Virus record (IMG/VR): IMGVR_UViG_3300046673_000306
Coordinates: 42,546-106,545 of that record
Length of the DNA: 64,000 nt
DNA from: a virus
Strand: one strand, 5' to 3'
A model generated the notes under the pieces. That model was not told where the DNA came from, searched no databases, and saw nothing but the letters and a program-made list of their open reading frames with translations. This document shows, piece by piece, positions 1-8,787 of this stretch (its first letter is position 1; each line of letters opens with the position of its first letter). The position numbers were made by a program, and so were the translations under genes.

Positions 1-639
1 GCGGCCCTGCCCATCGAGACCCAGGGTCCCGGGGCATCGCCCCTGGTCAAGGTCGAGAACATGATCTTGGCCAAGCTCGACGCTGGGCCGTGGCCCTGGT
101 ACGACCGGGTCTCGACCGACATCCTGACCCAGATCGTGGAGCGCCTGAACGTCAGGGCCTGGGTCTGCGGCTGGGCCATGGACAAGGCCTGGTCCTGGGT
201 AGAGGCCTGGCGACCGCACCGCAACACCGGGACCGCGACCATGACCGAGACTTTCGATGGTCCCTCAAACGGGGAGGTGACGAGGAAGGCGGCGGAGCGC
301 TGGGGGATAAACGTCCGGGACGCGTTCGACGCCCTACACCTGGCGGCCCAGTACGAGGCCCTGCGGAGGTGGCTGATCCTGCCGGAGCCCAGGCCCGTGC
401 CGTTCACGGCCCACGTCAGCTACCTCGCGGGAAAGCTGCTGGTCGGGGAGGGAGATAGGGAATGGATCGTAAAAAAATGGGAAGAAAATTTTCCCTGGCG
501 CAGGCCCGAGGATGGGCCGCTGCACATCCAACGCTACTACCTGCCCCGGAACCAGCAGGAGATGCTGGAAAAGATCGAGCAGGATAAAAAAGGAAAGGCC
601 CCAACCTTTCGATTGGAGCCCCCCTTCGCTGGCCTCTAG
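1..639 (+). CDS. hypothetical protein, probably 5'-truncated by the window edge
   Basis: Frame of ORF 61..639 stays open back to position 1; no recognised motif. Confidence 0.6.
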   Translation, partial: AALPIETQGPGASPLVKVENMILAKLDAGPWPWYDRVSTDILTQIVERLNVRAWVCGWAMDKAWSWVEAWRPHRNTGTATMTETFDGPSNGEVTRKAAERWGINVRDAFDALHLAAQYEALRRWLILPEPRPVPFTAHVSYLAGKLLVGEGDREWIVKKWEENFPWRRPEDGPLHIQRYYLPRNQQEMLEKIEQDKKGKAPTFRLEPPFAGL

Positions 640-658
640 GTCGCAGGGAGCTACCCTC

Positions 659-681
659 GGGACTCAGGATGGGTGAGTCCC
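659..681. terminator. hairpin between convergent genes, possible terminator
   Basis: GGGACTCA-ggatggg-TGAGTCCC between the stops at 639 (+) and 706 (-); weak U tract. Confidence 0.35.
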
Positions 682-705
682 TATTGTAGCATGACTTCCC
701 TCCGA

Positions 706-1017
706 TTACAACCGGCCCAGGCGCCGGTCCTGCTCCCTCTTGAACGCGAGTATCGACCGCAGGCCCTCCTCGTCCCAGAACCGGGGCCGCATCCGCTTGT
801 GGTCCTTGCCCTTGGCTCCCTGGGGCTTGCCCATGCGCCTGCCCTTGGGGAAGGCTGGGTCAGTCTTGTCCAGGCGAATGACGTAGCTCTGGCTCCAGCC
901 CACGATCCTGGCGACGTCGCCCGAGGAGTAGAGCTTTGTCTGCGGCTCCGGTTCCTCGGTCTTGGCGATCGCCTGCGCCAGGACCTGGCGGGAGACCGGC
1001 CTCACTTTGTTTTCCAT
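706..1017 (-). CDS. MerR/excisionase/AlpA-like helix-turn-helix DNA-binding protein
   Basis: LYSSGDVARIVGWSQSYVIRL..PAFPKGRR..RFWDEEGL matches the winged-HTH pattern; GGAGG RBS. Confidence 0.6.
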   Translation of the reverse strand: MENKVRPVSRQVLAQAIAKTEEPEPQTKLYSSGDVARIVGWSQSYVIRLDKTDPAFPKGRRMGKPQGAKGKDHKRMRPRFWDEEGLRSILAFKREQDRRLGRL

Positions 1018-1029
1018 GGTACCTCCAGA

Positions 1030-1203
1030 TCAGGCTTCGATTTCTTCACGGTCCTGGACCATTAAGAACCCATCACAGCATTCGAGTCCGCAGGGACAGG
1101 CGGTCGCCCGCAGCCCAGCTTGTCGCATTTGAACCCTGGACAGCCTGCTCTTTTTAGAGAACTTGTCCAGGAATTGCTCCTTCGTCATCTTCGGCGACCA
1201 CAT
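1030..1203 (-). CDS. small Cys-rich hypothetical protein
   Basis: CPCGLECCDG motif; packed in the leftward operon; start uncertain. Confidence 0.5.
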   Translation of the reverse strand: MWSPKMTKEQFLDKFSKKSRLSRVQMRQAGLRATACPCGLECCDGFLMVQDREEIEA

Positions 1204-1230
1204 ATCACTGTCCCTCCTCGTCACCTATTA

Positions 1231-2007
1231 TCAGGATTTGCTCTCCGGACCCGGAAGCATCAGGACCGACTTGTGCTTGGCGATCGTCAGGGCGAGACGA
1301 TCCGGCGTCTTCGTGAAGTCCTGGATACGGCGGTTCAGCTCGGCCATAGCCATCATCAGGCCGTGGAAAAAGAGTGCGGCCTCGTCCGAGTATGGCATCT
1401 CCTTGGCGTCCTCGGGGAGGCTGAACGACACCCAGGAATTGAGGCGTTCTGCGGGGTTGTCGTGGCCGTGGTGGTCTCCGCCCTCCCCATAGTAGCTCTC
1501 GTAGGTGACCTCGGACTGGTCTCCCCAGGTCGTGGTGACCTTGAGGGAGGCCTCAGCCCCCACGGTGAGTGAGAAGCCTCCCTTCGATCGGTGGCTGGCG
1601 CAGTGTCCCCCGTAGGTCTTGTCTCCTATGCCATCCCTCCACTCGGCGCCGGGGTACCTAGCGTTGGGGAAGATGCGCCCTTCCTTATCCGTGGCGAAGG
1701 AGACGTGGGACTCGATGTTGTAGCGGATCACGGGGTCCTTAGTGACGGTCGGCTCCATGAAGGCCTCATGGGCCTTCTTCACGGCGTCCTCCAGCTCCTT
1801 GAAGGTCTCCATCCCAACCGTCTTAAAGAACCCCTCGCGGCACCGCCGCCGATTGTCGATTTTCCTCTCAGGGAAGGAGACCTTCAGCTTGTTTGGGACG
1901 TGGGCGTAGAAGGCTCCGGTGGCGCTGATCTCCACCGAGACCTTGAACTTGTCGACGGCCCCGGCGTCGTTCTTCGCGACGAACTCGACGTCCTTGAACT
2001 TGGGCAT
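1231..2007 (-). CDS. hypothetical phage protein
   Basis: 258-aa ORF, GC3-rich codons, operon packing. Confidence 0.75.
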   Translation of the reverse strand: MPKFKDVEFVAKNDAGAVDKFKVSVEISATGAFYAHVPNKLKVSFPERKIDNRRRCREGFFKTVGMETFKELEDAVKKAHEAFMEPTVTKDPVIRYNIESHVSFATDKEGRIFPNARYPGAEWRDGIGDKTYGGHCASHRSKGGFSLTVGAEASLKVTTTWGDQSEVTYESYYGEGGDHHGHDNPAERLNSWVSFSLPEDAKEMPYSDEAALFFHGLMMAMAELNRRIQDFTKTPDRLALTIAKHKSVLMLPGPESKS

Positions 2008-2010
2008 GGT

Positions 2011-2163
2011 CTACTCCGTCCTTTTTTCCTTGGCGATTAAAATATCCAATGGGTCCATCTGGTCTTTAGATAAGATTTTTTCAATTCTGCTCGTAATGAG
2101 TCTTGGTGCTCGGTACTCGGACCAGCCATCGATCCAGATGCCAAACTCTGGGTTCTCGAACAT
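2011..2163 (-). CDS. small hypothetical protein (MFENPEFG...)
   Basis: ATG at 2163 just after the stop of the upstream gene; fills the operon gap. Confidence 0.5.
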   Translation of the reverse strand: MFENPEFGIWIDGWSEYRAPRLITSRIEKILSKDQMDPLDILIAKEKRTE

Positions 2164-2167
2164 GTTC

Positions 2168-2476
2168 CTACTCTTTCGACCACCCCGCCTGCACCAGCCT
2201 GATCCCCAGGTTGAGGACCCACATCGATGTTGGGCAGATCGTCCCGGGTTGCAGGCCATTGAGGTCGCGGACCATGGCCTCGGCCCAGCGCTCCTTCTGG
2301 TCGCGCTCATTGAGCCCCGCCCAGTGGCGCCACCCCTTCTTGTAGAGATCGATGATGAGGTCCTTCGCCCAGAAGGGCACCGTGCAGCCCTTGAAGCCCA
2401 TGTCGTGGCCCATCGCTTGGATGGCCTCCTGTAACTCCGCCCTGGTGGGCCCCGCCTTGATCTTGATGCGGTCCAT
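2168..2476 (-). CDS. hypothetical protein
   Basis: GGGAGG RBS, 102-aa ORF. Confidence 0.7.
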   Translation of the reverse strand: MDRIKIKAGPTRAELQEAIQAMGHDMGFKGCTVPFWAKDLIIDLYKKGWRHWAGLNERDQKERWAEAMVRDLNGLQPGTICPTSMWVLNLGIRLVQAGWSKE

Positions 2477-2496
2477 GGTCGCCTCCCTAGCGCCTC

Positions 2497-3072
2497 CTAC
2501 AACCCGGCCTCGCGCAGCGCCTTGCTGATCTCCTTGTTCTGCTCATCGGTGTAGCCCGTGAAGGTCTTCTGGTCTCGCTTCCATCCTCTGGACTTGACGA
2601 ACTCGTCCTTGAAGGCCTGGTACTTGGCCACGCGCTCGATGCGCTCCTGCTCGGCCCGCTGTTCAGCCGCGATCTCGGCGCAGACCTCGCGCTTGATCAT
2701 GAGGGGGTCGAGGCCCATGAACTTCATGAGGTGGTGGAGGGTCCCCAGGATCGTCCTGGCGTCGTCCTTGCCCACGAGGTTGTAGAGGTAGGCCTCGCTG
2801 AAGAAGGGCTGGTCCTCATCGCCCTTGCTGTAGCCGTCGGCGCTCTTGAACCCGCGCAGCGGCGGGGCCTCCAGCTTCAGGCGGAGGAGTTTCCTGAAGT
2901 AGGCCTTGGCGTCCTCGACCTCGGGGACGTACTCGGCGTGGGTGACGACGGCCTCCTTCGGGAGCGACCTCTCTACGCGCCGGGTGTCGTGGTTTAGGGC
3001 CGGATAGAACTCGCCGGGCTTCTCCCCCTCCATGGGGGGCAGCGGGACTTCGACGGTCAGTCTCATCTTCAT
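2497..3072 (-). CDS. hypothetical protein
   Basis: 191-aa ORF with ATGA overlap to the upstream gene. Confidence 0.75.
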   Translation of the reverse strand: MKMRLTVEVPLPPMEGEKPGEFYPALNHDTRRVERSLPKEAVVTHAEYVPEVEDAKAYFRKLLRLKLEAPPLRGFKSADGYSKGDEDQPFFSEAYLYNLVGKDDARTILGTLHHLMKFMGLDPLMIKREVCAEIAAEQRAEQERIERVAKYQAFKDEFVKSRGWKRDQKTFTGYTDEQNKEISKALREAGL

Positions 3073-3746
3073 GGTTTGGGTTCCTCTTTGTGCTCCAGCA
3101 GCCCCTGGGCGTGCTGGCGCAGCTGCTCCAGGCCGGTGCGGCGAACGGCGGCCTCGATGAAGCCGCTGACCTCAGCCTTGGACTCGGCCACGATCTCGTC
3201 GGCGCTGTCGTTGAACTGGTCCATGAGGAAGGTCATGTGACTCTTCATCTTCAGGGCGATCTCCGCCGTCAGATCGATGATCCTCTTCTTGTCGGCGGCG
3301 AGAAGGGACTTCTTCTTCATCAGGGTCTCGACCTCGGCGCCCATGGCGTCAAACTGCTTCTTCCACTTGGCCATGTCGGCGGCGAAGGTCTGCCTGATCT
3401 TCTCCGCGCGCATCGGGACGTTGGGTAGCGGCTCCACGGGCTTGCCCGCGAGAGCCCGGATCGTGCAGGGGGTCCCGGGACCGCTGTTCATGGTCGTGAT
3501 CATGGACGCGAACTGGGACTCGCTCATCATGACCTCGATGATGTGGTCGCGCTCGAAGTAGTGGTCATCGCCCAGATCGTGGACGACCTCGCACCGGCTG
3601 ATCTCCAGGCTGATCCCGCTGTGGTTGTCTACAGAGGACCCGAAAAGCCGGTAGGCGCCGCGAACCCTGGTTCCGCCAGCCGTCCAGCGGGCGATGCTGA
3701 TGAGGCCGTAGGCGGGGTGCGTCTCCGGCTTAGCGTTTGGGTCCAT
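3069..3746 (-). CDS. hypothetical phage protein with C-terminal coiled coil
   Basis: 225-aa ORF (ETHPAYGLISIAR..LFGS..GPGTPCTI); TAATG coupling. Confidence 0.75.
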   Translation of the reverse strand: MDPNAKPETHPAYGLISIARWTAGGTRVRGAYRLFGSSVDNHSGISLEISRCEVVHDLGDDHYFERDHIIEVMMSESQFASMITTMNSGPGTPCTIRALAGKPVEPLPNVPMRAEKIRQTFAADMAKWKKQFDAMGAEVETLMKKKSLLAADKKRIIDLTAEIALKMKSHMTFLMDQFNDSADEIVAESKAEVSGFIEAAVRRTGLEQLRQHAQGLLEHKEEPKP

Positions 3747-4093
3747 TACAGTGTCCTCCCATGAACTTTATCCCAACGTCTGACAACGGCAATCGCCCTC
3801 CGGGCCATTTCCTCACACGCGTCGTTGTCTGGACCAAGGTCCCGGCGCAGGGAGTCGACGACTAGGTCAGTGAGTGATTTTTTGATCCGCATTTTACTAT
3901 GAGCCTGGGCCCCCTCCGGATACTTCAGCAGTCCAAGACTCCTGAGGCACATCCGGCACGTGACCTTGCTCAGGTCTGTGGTCAGATACGGCGGGTTCAC
4001 CACGGATTGAAAACGATACTGCCACAGCCCACATGTGGGGACAAAGAGCTTAGGATTCGGGTGCTCGTATTTGAAGTGGATAGCATGGGTCAT
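3746..4093 (-). CDS. hypothetical protein with possible Zn site (C..VTCRMC)
   Basis: ATG at 4093 with GGAGG RBS and ATGA overlap. Confidence 0.6.
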   Translation of the reverse strand: MTHAIHFKYEHPNPKLFVPTCGLWQYRFQSVVNPPYLTTDLSKVTCRMCLRSLGLLKYPEGAQAHSKMRIKKSLTDLVVDSLRRDLGPDNDACEEMARRAIAVVRRWDKVHGRTL

Positions 4094-4389
4094 CGCCGCC
4101 TCCGTCCGTACTCCAGAATTTCTGGGCTGGCTTCCTTGATCCACTGATCGAGCGCGCGCTTGTTCGGGAATGTGCAGAAATTGGTGTGCACATAGTCGAT
4201 GCCGTTGAACCGCGAGGTCGTGGCCGATCCATTTAGGCGCATGATATCACGGATTAGGGAACCATCGGGGTCGGGCTGCACGACCTCGACCTGCCACTTC
4301 CTCTCGTAGTGGCGGGTCTTGCCCCAGAAGTCGACGCCGTTCTTGTTCGGTACGAGTTTGATCGCGGCGTGGCGGACGATGATTTTCAT
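4090..4389 (-). CDS. hypothetical protein
   Basis: 99-aa ORF with ATGA overlaps at both ends. Confidence 0.65.
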   Translation of the reverse strand: MKIIVRHAAIKLVPNKNGVDFWGKTRHYERKWQVEVVQPDPDGSLIRDIMRLNGSATTSRFNGIDYVHTNFCTFPNKRALDQWIKEASPEILEYGRRRR

Positions 4390-4541
4390 GATCTCTCTTG
4401 GGCGTCCCTGGCGTCACGCTCTGCTCCAACCTCAGAGAAGTAGGGGCCGTGCCACGGCTCGGATTCGGTCGGAGATATCGGCCTCCAGAACCATCCTCTT
4501 TCATCGTTAAGGAATTCAGCCCAGGCCTCGATCTTTAGCAT
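4386..4541 (-). CDS. small hypothetical protein, 51 aa (MLKIEAWAEF...HGPYFSE...)
   Basis: Read by hand, below the ORF-track cutoff; coupled by TGATG and ATGA overlaps to both neighbours. Confidence 0.55.
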   Translation of the reverse strand: MLKIEAWAEFLNDERGWFWRPISPTESEPWHGPYFSEVGAERDARDAQERS

Positions 4542-4963
4542 CACACCCTCTCCCTAGCGATCGCCATGGCCAGCCCGTCTCTGGCCGGTCCCGTGATCCC
4601 GCACGCGTCCATGGTCACCAGGGCCTCGACGGCGGCCTGGAGCAGGGTCGGGACCTCTTGGCGAACGGTCGCGACGGCCACGGTCATGGGCGCGACGCCG
4701 GGCGCCTGGAGTTCTGGCAGGGCCCCGGGGACTGGGCGCCCAAGGTCGATGAAGTCGAAAACCTTCTCCACGTTCTGGAATTGGCAGCAGCCCTTGGTCC
4801 CGCGCTCGTCCAGGTACCAGACATAATTCCCGAATTGCGAGGCAGAGAAATTATATCTGTAGAATGAAGTCCCGCGCATGACCGGCGTCAGGCCCTGGGC
4901 GATCCGATCCTGGATCAGGCTCAGGGCCTCGTCGGCGCTCTCGATCTCGGGTTCCGTATTCAT
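4541..4963 (-). CDS. hypothetical early protein, leaderless (MNTEPEIES...)
   Basis: ATG lies 6 nt after a TACAAT -10 box. Confidence 0.7.
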   Translation of the reverse strand: MNTEPEIESADEALSLIQDRIAQGLTPVMRGTSFYRYNFSASQFGNYVWYLDERGTKGCCQFQNVEKVFDFIDLGRPVPGALPELQAPGVAPMTVAVATVRQEVPTLLQAAVEALVTMDACGITGPARDGLAMAIARERV

Positions 4964-5003
4964 AGTGGTATTGTACCAGGTAATACTGATGCTGTCAAGA
5001 CCC
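4964..5003 (-). promoter_or_regulatory. sigma70-type promoter P1 (leftward)
   Basis: GGGTC-TTGACA(4998-4993)-17 nt-TACAAT(4975-4970)-ACCACT-ATG. Confidence 0.85.
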
Positions 5004-5052
5004 GGGCCAGAATCTGGGCCCCGATCCGGTTGAGGTCCCATGTCCAGTTTTT

Positions 5053-5092
5053 GGGTCTTGACAAGATCAGTTCAACCTGGTACAATACTAAT
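5053..5092 (+). promoter_or_regulatory. sigma70-type promoter P2 (rightward)
   Basis: GGGTC-TTGACA(5058-5063)-17 nt-TACAAT(5081-5086)-ACTAAT-ATG. Confidence 0.85.
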
Positions 5093-5335
5093 ATGACTGA
5101 AACCAAGATCGACCTGGATCAGGACGAAGCCTACCTGATGAACGACGAGCTGTCCCGCCTCAGCGAGGACTACCATAGGGACGAGTCCGTCAAAGCAGCG
5201 GCCAAGGACTTACTGGCGGCCCTGAAGGGCCTCCTCTCGGACAAGTACTTGGCCGACCCGATCAACGCCGACAGAATGACCGCCGCCCGCCTCGCCGTGG
5301 ACAAGGCCGAGCCGTGGAGGAAACCGAGATCATGA
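5093..5335 (+). CDS. hypothetical early protein, leaderless (MTETKIDL...)
   Basis: ATG at the predicted +1 of P2; contains an AAAKDLLAALKGLL helix. Confidence 0.7.
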   Translation: MTETKIDLDQDEAYLMNDELSRLSEDYHRDESVKAAAKDLLAALKGLLSDKYLADPINADRMTAARLAVDKAEPWRKPRS

Positions 5336-5343
5336 TTCCGTCT

Positions 5344-5383
5344 GGGTCTTGACAAGCTGAGTTCAACCTGGTATAATACTATC
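5344..5383 (+). promoter_or_regulatory. sigma70-type promoter P3 (rightward), perfect consensus
   Basis: GGGTC-TTGACA(5349-5354)-17 nt-TATAAT(5372-5377)-ACTATC-ATG. Confidence 0.9.
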
Positions 5384-5506
5384 ATGACCATGAAACTGAT
5401 GACCAAGGAAATCCGAAACCGCATTCGCATGGGCCTGGGAATCGAGCGCGACCTGAGCTTCCGGCCCACGCCTCTGTCCAAGATCAAGTCCGGGGAGGTC
5501 AGATGA
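5384..5506 (+). CDS. 40-aa basic leaderless peptide (MTMKLMTKEIRNRIR...)
   Basis: Starts at P3 +1; stop overlaps the next ATG (ATGA); not in the ORF track. Confidence 0.55.
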   Translation: MTMKLMTKEIRNRIRMGLGIERDLSFRPTPLSKIKSGEVR

Positions 5507-6243
5507 ACATGGATGGCCAGCCGGTCCTGCCGGGCATGGAACCACTGCGCTACCAGATCGAGGACGCCGAGCACCGCCGGGACTACGTCCCGGTCCGGTG
5601 CGCGATCTGCGAGAAGGAGATGACGTACGACGAACACCAGAACGCGTCCTGCGGTGAGGAGGCCACCCAGTACGAAGGCGATCCGATCTGTGAGACCTGC
5701 TACTGCGAGGATGAGGCCGAGGCCACGTTAAGGGTCTTTGATGCGGATAACCCGGAAGGCGAGGGAGACTATGGAACCTCGATCTTCGAGATCGGGTCCT
5801 GCAAGAACATGACCGCTTGCGACGGCGACATCGGGACCTGGCGGACCAAGTGGGTGAGAACCGATGCCTGGCGCGGCTATATCGACCTGATCCCGCCCAA
5901 GGACTGGGCTCAGTTTCACTCCGACTGCTCGCTCATGGCCTCCGAGGACTCGGCGATGCTGGAAAAGTACGACGCCGCAGTACGCAAGGCCTTCATCGCG
6001 AAGGGCGTGCGGCTGATCCGGGCTGCGCTCAGGACCTCGAACTGCTGCTCCACTGGGGTCGATTACTTCGTCGAGAAGAAGTTCCTGAAGTGGGCGACTG
6101 CGGCGTCGCGCAAGCTCGCCGACGTCTTCCGGGACCCGGTCCGGTTCAATATGACGGCGATCACGGGCAAGGACCCGGCGAGCGCCGGGGTCGACGACTA
6201 CGTCGTGGCCGCGCTCGGGGCCAAGCTCCTGGGAGGGAAATAG
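5503..6243 (+). CDS. hypothetical protein with N-terminal Zn finger (CAIC...CETC)
   Basis: 246-aa ORF, GGGGAGG RBS, CxxC pairs. Confidence 0.75.
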   Translation: MNMDGQPVLPGMEPLRYQIEDAEHRRDYVPVRCAICEKEMTYDEHQNASCGEEATQYEGDPICETCYCEDEAEATLRVFDADNPEGEGDYGTSIFEIGSCKNMTACDGDIGTWRTKWVRTDAWRGYIDLIPPKDWAQFHSDCSLMASEDSAMLEKYDAAVRKAFIAKGVRLIRAALRTSNCCSTGVDYFVEKKFLKWATAASRKLADVFRDPVRFNMTAITGKDPASAGVDDYVVAALGAKLLGGK

Positions 6244-6244
6244 C

Positions 6245-6409
6245 GTGTTCAAGATAAAAATCGATACTGATTGCATCGCTGCCGATGACCGGGAGCAGGA
6301 AATCCACAGGATTCTCCAGCGCGTGGCCGTCAGGGTCTGCGCCGGAGAAACGTCTGGGAAGTGCATGGATATCAATGGAAATTCCATTGGGGACTGGGAA
6401 CTACAATGA
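6245..6409 (+). CDS. small phage protein (MFKIKIDTD...EIHRIL...DINGNSIGDW)
   Basis: Read by hand; GTG start with GGAGGG RBS; ATGA overlap with the next gene; DxNGNxxGxW ending seen in small phage proteins. Confidence 0.6.
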   Translation: MFKIKIDTDCIAADDREQEIHRILQRVAVRVCAGETSGKCMDINGNSIGDWELQ

Positions 6410-6933
6410 GCGGAATCGCGAGCAAGCCGATCATTGTAACGTCCAAGGTTTACGCCAAGATCAAGGAGTGGGCAGACGCCGGTCGCGTCGTCAACCACTT
6501 CCTGTGCCAGGACCTCTCGTGCCTGACAACGTACTTCTCCCCGAACCCCGAGTGCTGCTGCCCCAACCACGCCTGGGCCTGCCCCGGGAAGATCGAGGCC
6601 GCAGACGTCAAGCTCGCGGACCTCAAGGTCGAGGCCGTGGTCGCTCAGCCCGTGGCCTTCAAGGACTTGGTGATCTACTGGAGAGAGTCGAACCAGATGT
6701 CGATCGTCCTGGAGATTCCCGGACACTGGCGCCCGATCAAGGCCGTGTCCTTCGGCTATATCGGCGGGATCATGGGCATGGACCGGGCCACCCGCGCCGA
6801 GATCAAGCGCGAGCACGGCCAGAAGAAGCCGACGAAGTGGCTCAAGGCCGCGCGTGAGGACGGGTCCCTGGAGGATATCCTGAACCGGTTCGGCTACACG
6901 CTGAACGCCGAGCCCAAGGTCCTGGAGGCCTGA
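6406..6933 (+). CDS. hypothetical protein (MSGIASK...)
   Basis: Open frame, phage-like codon use, coupled start. Confidence 0.7.
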   Translation: MSGIASKPIIVTSKVYAKIKEWADAGRVVNHFLCQDLSCLTTYFSPNPECCCPNHAWACPGKIEAADVKLADLKVEAVVAQPVAFKDLVIYWRESNQMSIVLEIPGHWRPIKAVSFGYIGGIMGMDRATRAEIKREHGQKKPTKWLKAAREDGSLEDILNRFGYTLNAEPKVLEA

Positions 6934-6935
6934 CC

Positions 6936-7178
6936 ATGGAATTGTTCCGAGTCACGTCCGGGGCCTTCCTCGGGAGATGGATAATCGAGAAGTGGGGGTA
7001 TGCCCTGATCCTGGAGTGGTGGCGCAGAGCTGCCCCGGGGATCGGCGCCCACGGCTACGTCCATCCAATCGCCGACGGAGACTGGGCCGTGGACTTAACC
7101 GTAATGATGTGGCGCCGAGACCTGAGGAGCCAATTCGTCAATCACAACCCAGGCTTCAGGTACCGGCAGGGGGAATGA
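6936..7178 (+). CDS. Trp-rich small hypothetical protein
   Basis: 80-aa ORF, GGAGG RBS. Confidence 0.55.
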   Translation: MELFRVTSGAFLGRWIIEKWGYALILEWWRRAAPGIGAHGYVHPIADGDWAVDLTVMMWRRDLRSQFVNHNPGFRYRQGE

Positions 7179-7513
7179 TCATGCCCAAGAACAAGTGGTA
7201 CTGCGTCAAGAAGGCCTTCTGGTTCACCTCGAAGAAGGCGGAGAAGAAGTACGACCGCATCGTCGAGGCCCTGTCCGAGGCCAACGAGGAGGCCGTCGTC
7301 TACCACGGCTACGAGATGGCCCTCGTGGGGATAGCCCACCGCTTTGGAATGGAGCCGGTCGCGGCGTACGACCGCTCGACGTGCATCGCCATCCTCATGG
7401 ACCGCGATGAGATGACCCACGAGGACGCCGAGGACTACTTCGGCTACAACACCCTAGGGACCGGAGTTGATAATGCCCCGATCTTCGTGGAGATGGCGGA
7501 AGACATACCGTGA
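7175..7513 (+). CDS. conserved-type phage hypothetical protein
   Basis: GYEMALVG..VAAYD..CIAILM.RDEMT.EDAEDYFGYN..G..PIF pattern typical of a common phage family; start 7175 or 7181. Confidence 0.7.
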   Translation: MIMPKNKWYCVKKAFWFTSKKAEKKYDRIVEALSEANEEAVVYHGYEMALVGIAHRFGMEPVAAYDRSTCIAILMDRDEMTHEDAEDYFGYNTLGTGVDNAPIFVEMAEDIP

Positions 7514-7523
7514 GGAGGATATT

Positions 7524-8774
7524 ATGGTTATGAAGATTGTTGATTCCAGCGGCTCCTCTGGCAGGGGTTCATTCAGGGATGACCTCGTCAAGCTGATGAA
7601 GAAGCTGGAGCCGGGAGAAGGCGTCCAGGTCCCCCGGTCTGATCTACCGCGCAACTACGGCCAGCTTGTCGTCGACCTCATGCGCGATCCCCTTCCGTTC
7701 CCGTGGCACCTGAACGAGGAATCAGATGAGTCCGTCACCTTCTATAGGGACGCCGCCAAACCCAAGTTTGAGCCAGCTGCGAAGCCAGCTCATCAGGCTC
7801 CAGACAAGCTTCTGACTCCGCCAGCCCCAGAACCAAAGCCCGATTCTCCCGTTTACGACACCGACCGGGGCAGCATCAACAGGATCATCGAGGAGGTCAA
7901 GGTCAGGGGTGGGAGTTTCCCAGTCCCGAAGACGCTGTTCCGCGACGCGATCTCCCGATCCTTTTGTATGGGAGAACTGAGGCATCTAGGGTACAGGGTC
8001 GATAAGGGCATCAATTTCGACGTGATCATCGCTCCCGAACCTGTCCCGTGTCCGAAGGTCGAGAATGGTAAGAAGAACCAGGCCCCCAAGGATATTACCC
8101 ATCGTTCGCCCTTGGTCAAGGTCCCGATGCGGGAGCGCATCCTTACCTCTATCAAGAAAAATCCCGGCATAGCTCACAGCGCACTCAGGAAGAAATTCAC
8201 ACGGAGCACCGAGGAGGGCAAAAAGTTCGATAATGCTATTGGCGACCTGCTCGTGGAGAACTTAGTTGTCTCCACTTCAGTGAAATGGACAGGACCATAT
8301 GGTCTGAAGACGACCTATAGGATCGTTGGTGCCAAGGCAGCCGCGACCGAAGTCGCACCGGTCCACGGTCAACACCCGGCCAAGACAGTGGTTCTTGGAG
8401 TGGAGGCCGCACCCAAGCCTGTTCTTTCCCCGGCGCCGCCCGTGGTAACGCCCGCGCTGCCCAAGACGGAGCCCCAGCCGAAGCCCGAGCCGAAGCCCGA
8501 GCCGAAGCCCCAGCCGAAGCCCGAGGCCAAGCCCATCACCAGAGAAGAGGTCGCGGCTGTCCAGAAGATGATCAAGCCCGAGAAGTTCCCGACCGGGAAC
8601 AGGTGCTTCGCCTGCGTGGACGAGGACCATGTCCGGGTCTGCGGCGAGACCGCGTCCGTGACCTACAAGCAGGTCCGGCTCTGCCGCACCCACATGAACA
8701 GGCTGTTTTATGCCCGGAAGCTCTACGTCCGGACTTCGTTGAAGCACAATCCGATACTGCTCAAGAAGACATAG
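7524..8774 (+). CDS. hypothetical protein: winged-helix-like segment, Pro-Lys-rich linker, C-terminal Cys/His Zn finger
   Basis: GAGGAGG RBS before ATG 7524; RERILTSIKKNPGIAHSALRKKF; CFAC..VC..LCRTH. Confidence 0.65.
   Translation: MVMKIVDSSGSSGRGSFRDDLVKLMKKLEPGEGVQVPRSDLPRNYGQLVVDLMRDPLPFPWHLNEESDESVTFYRDAAKPKFEPAAKPAHQAPDKLLTPPAPEPKPDSPVYDTDRGSINRIIEEVKVRGGSFPVPKTLFRDAISRSFCMGELRHLGYRVDKGINFDVIIAPEPVPCPKVENGKKNQAPKDITHRSPLVKVPMRERILTSIKKNPGIAHSALRKKFTRSTEEGKKFDNAIGDLLVENLVVSTSVKWTGPYGLKTTYRIVGAKAAATEVAPVHGQHPAKTVVLGVEAAPKPVLSPAPPVVTPALPKTEPQPKPEPKPEPKPQPKPEAKPITREEVAAVQKMIKPEKFPTGNRCFACVDEDHVRVCGETASVTYKQVRLCRTHMNRLFYARKLYVRTSLKHNPILLKKT
8471..8534 (+). repeat. 12-bp tandem repeat encoding PKP(E/Q)
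   Basis: About five copies of GCCGAAGCCC(G/C)A. Confidence 0.8.
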
Positions 8775-8787
8775 GGAGGAGACCACA

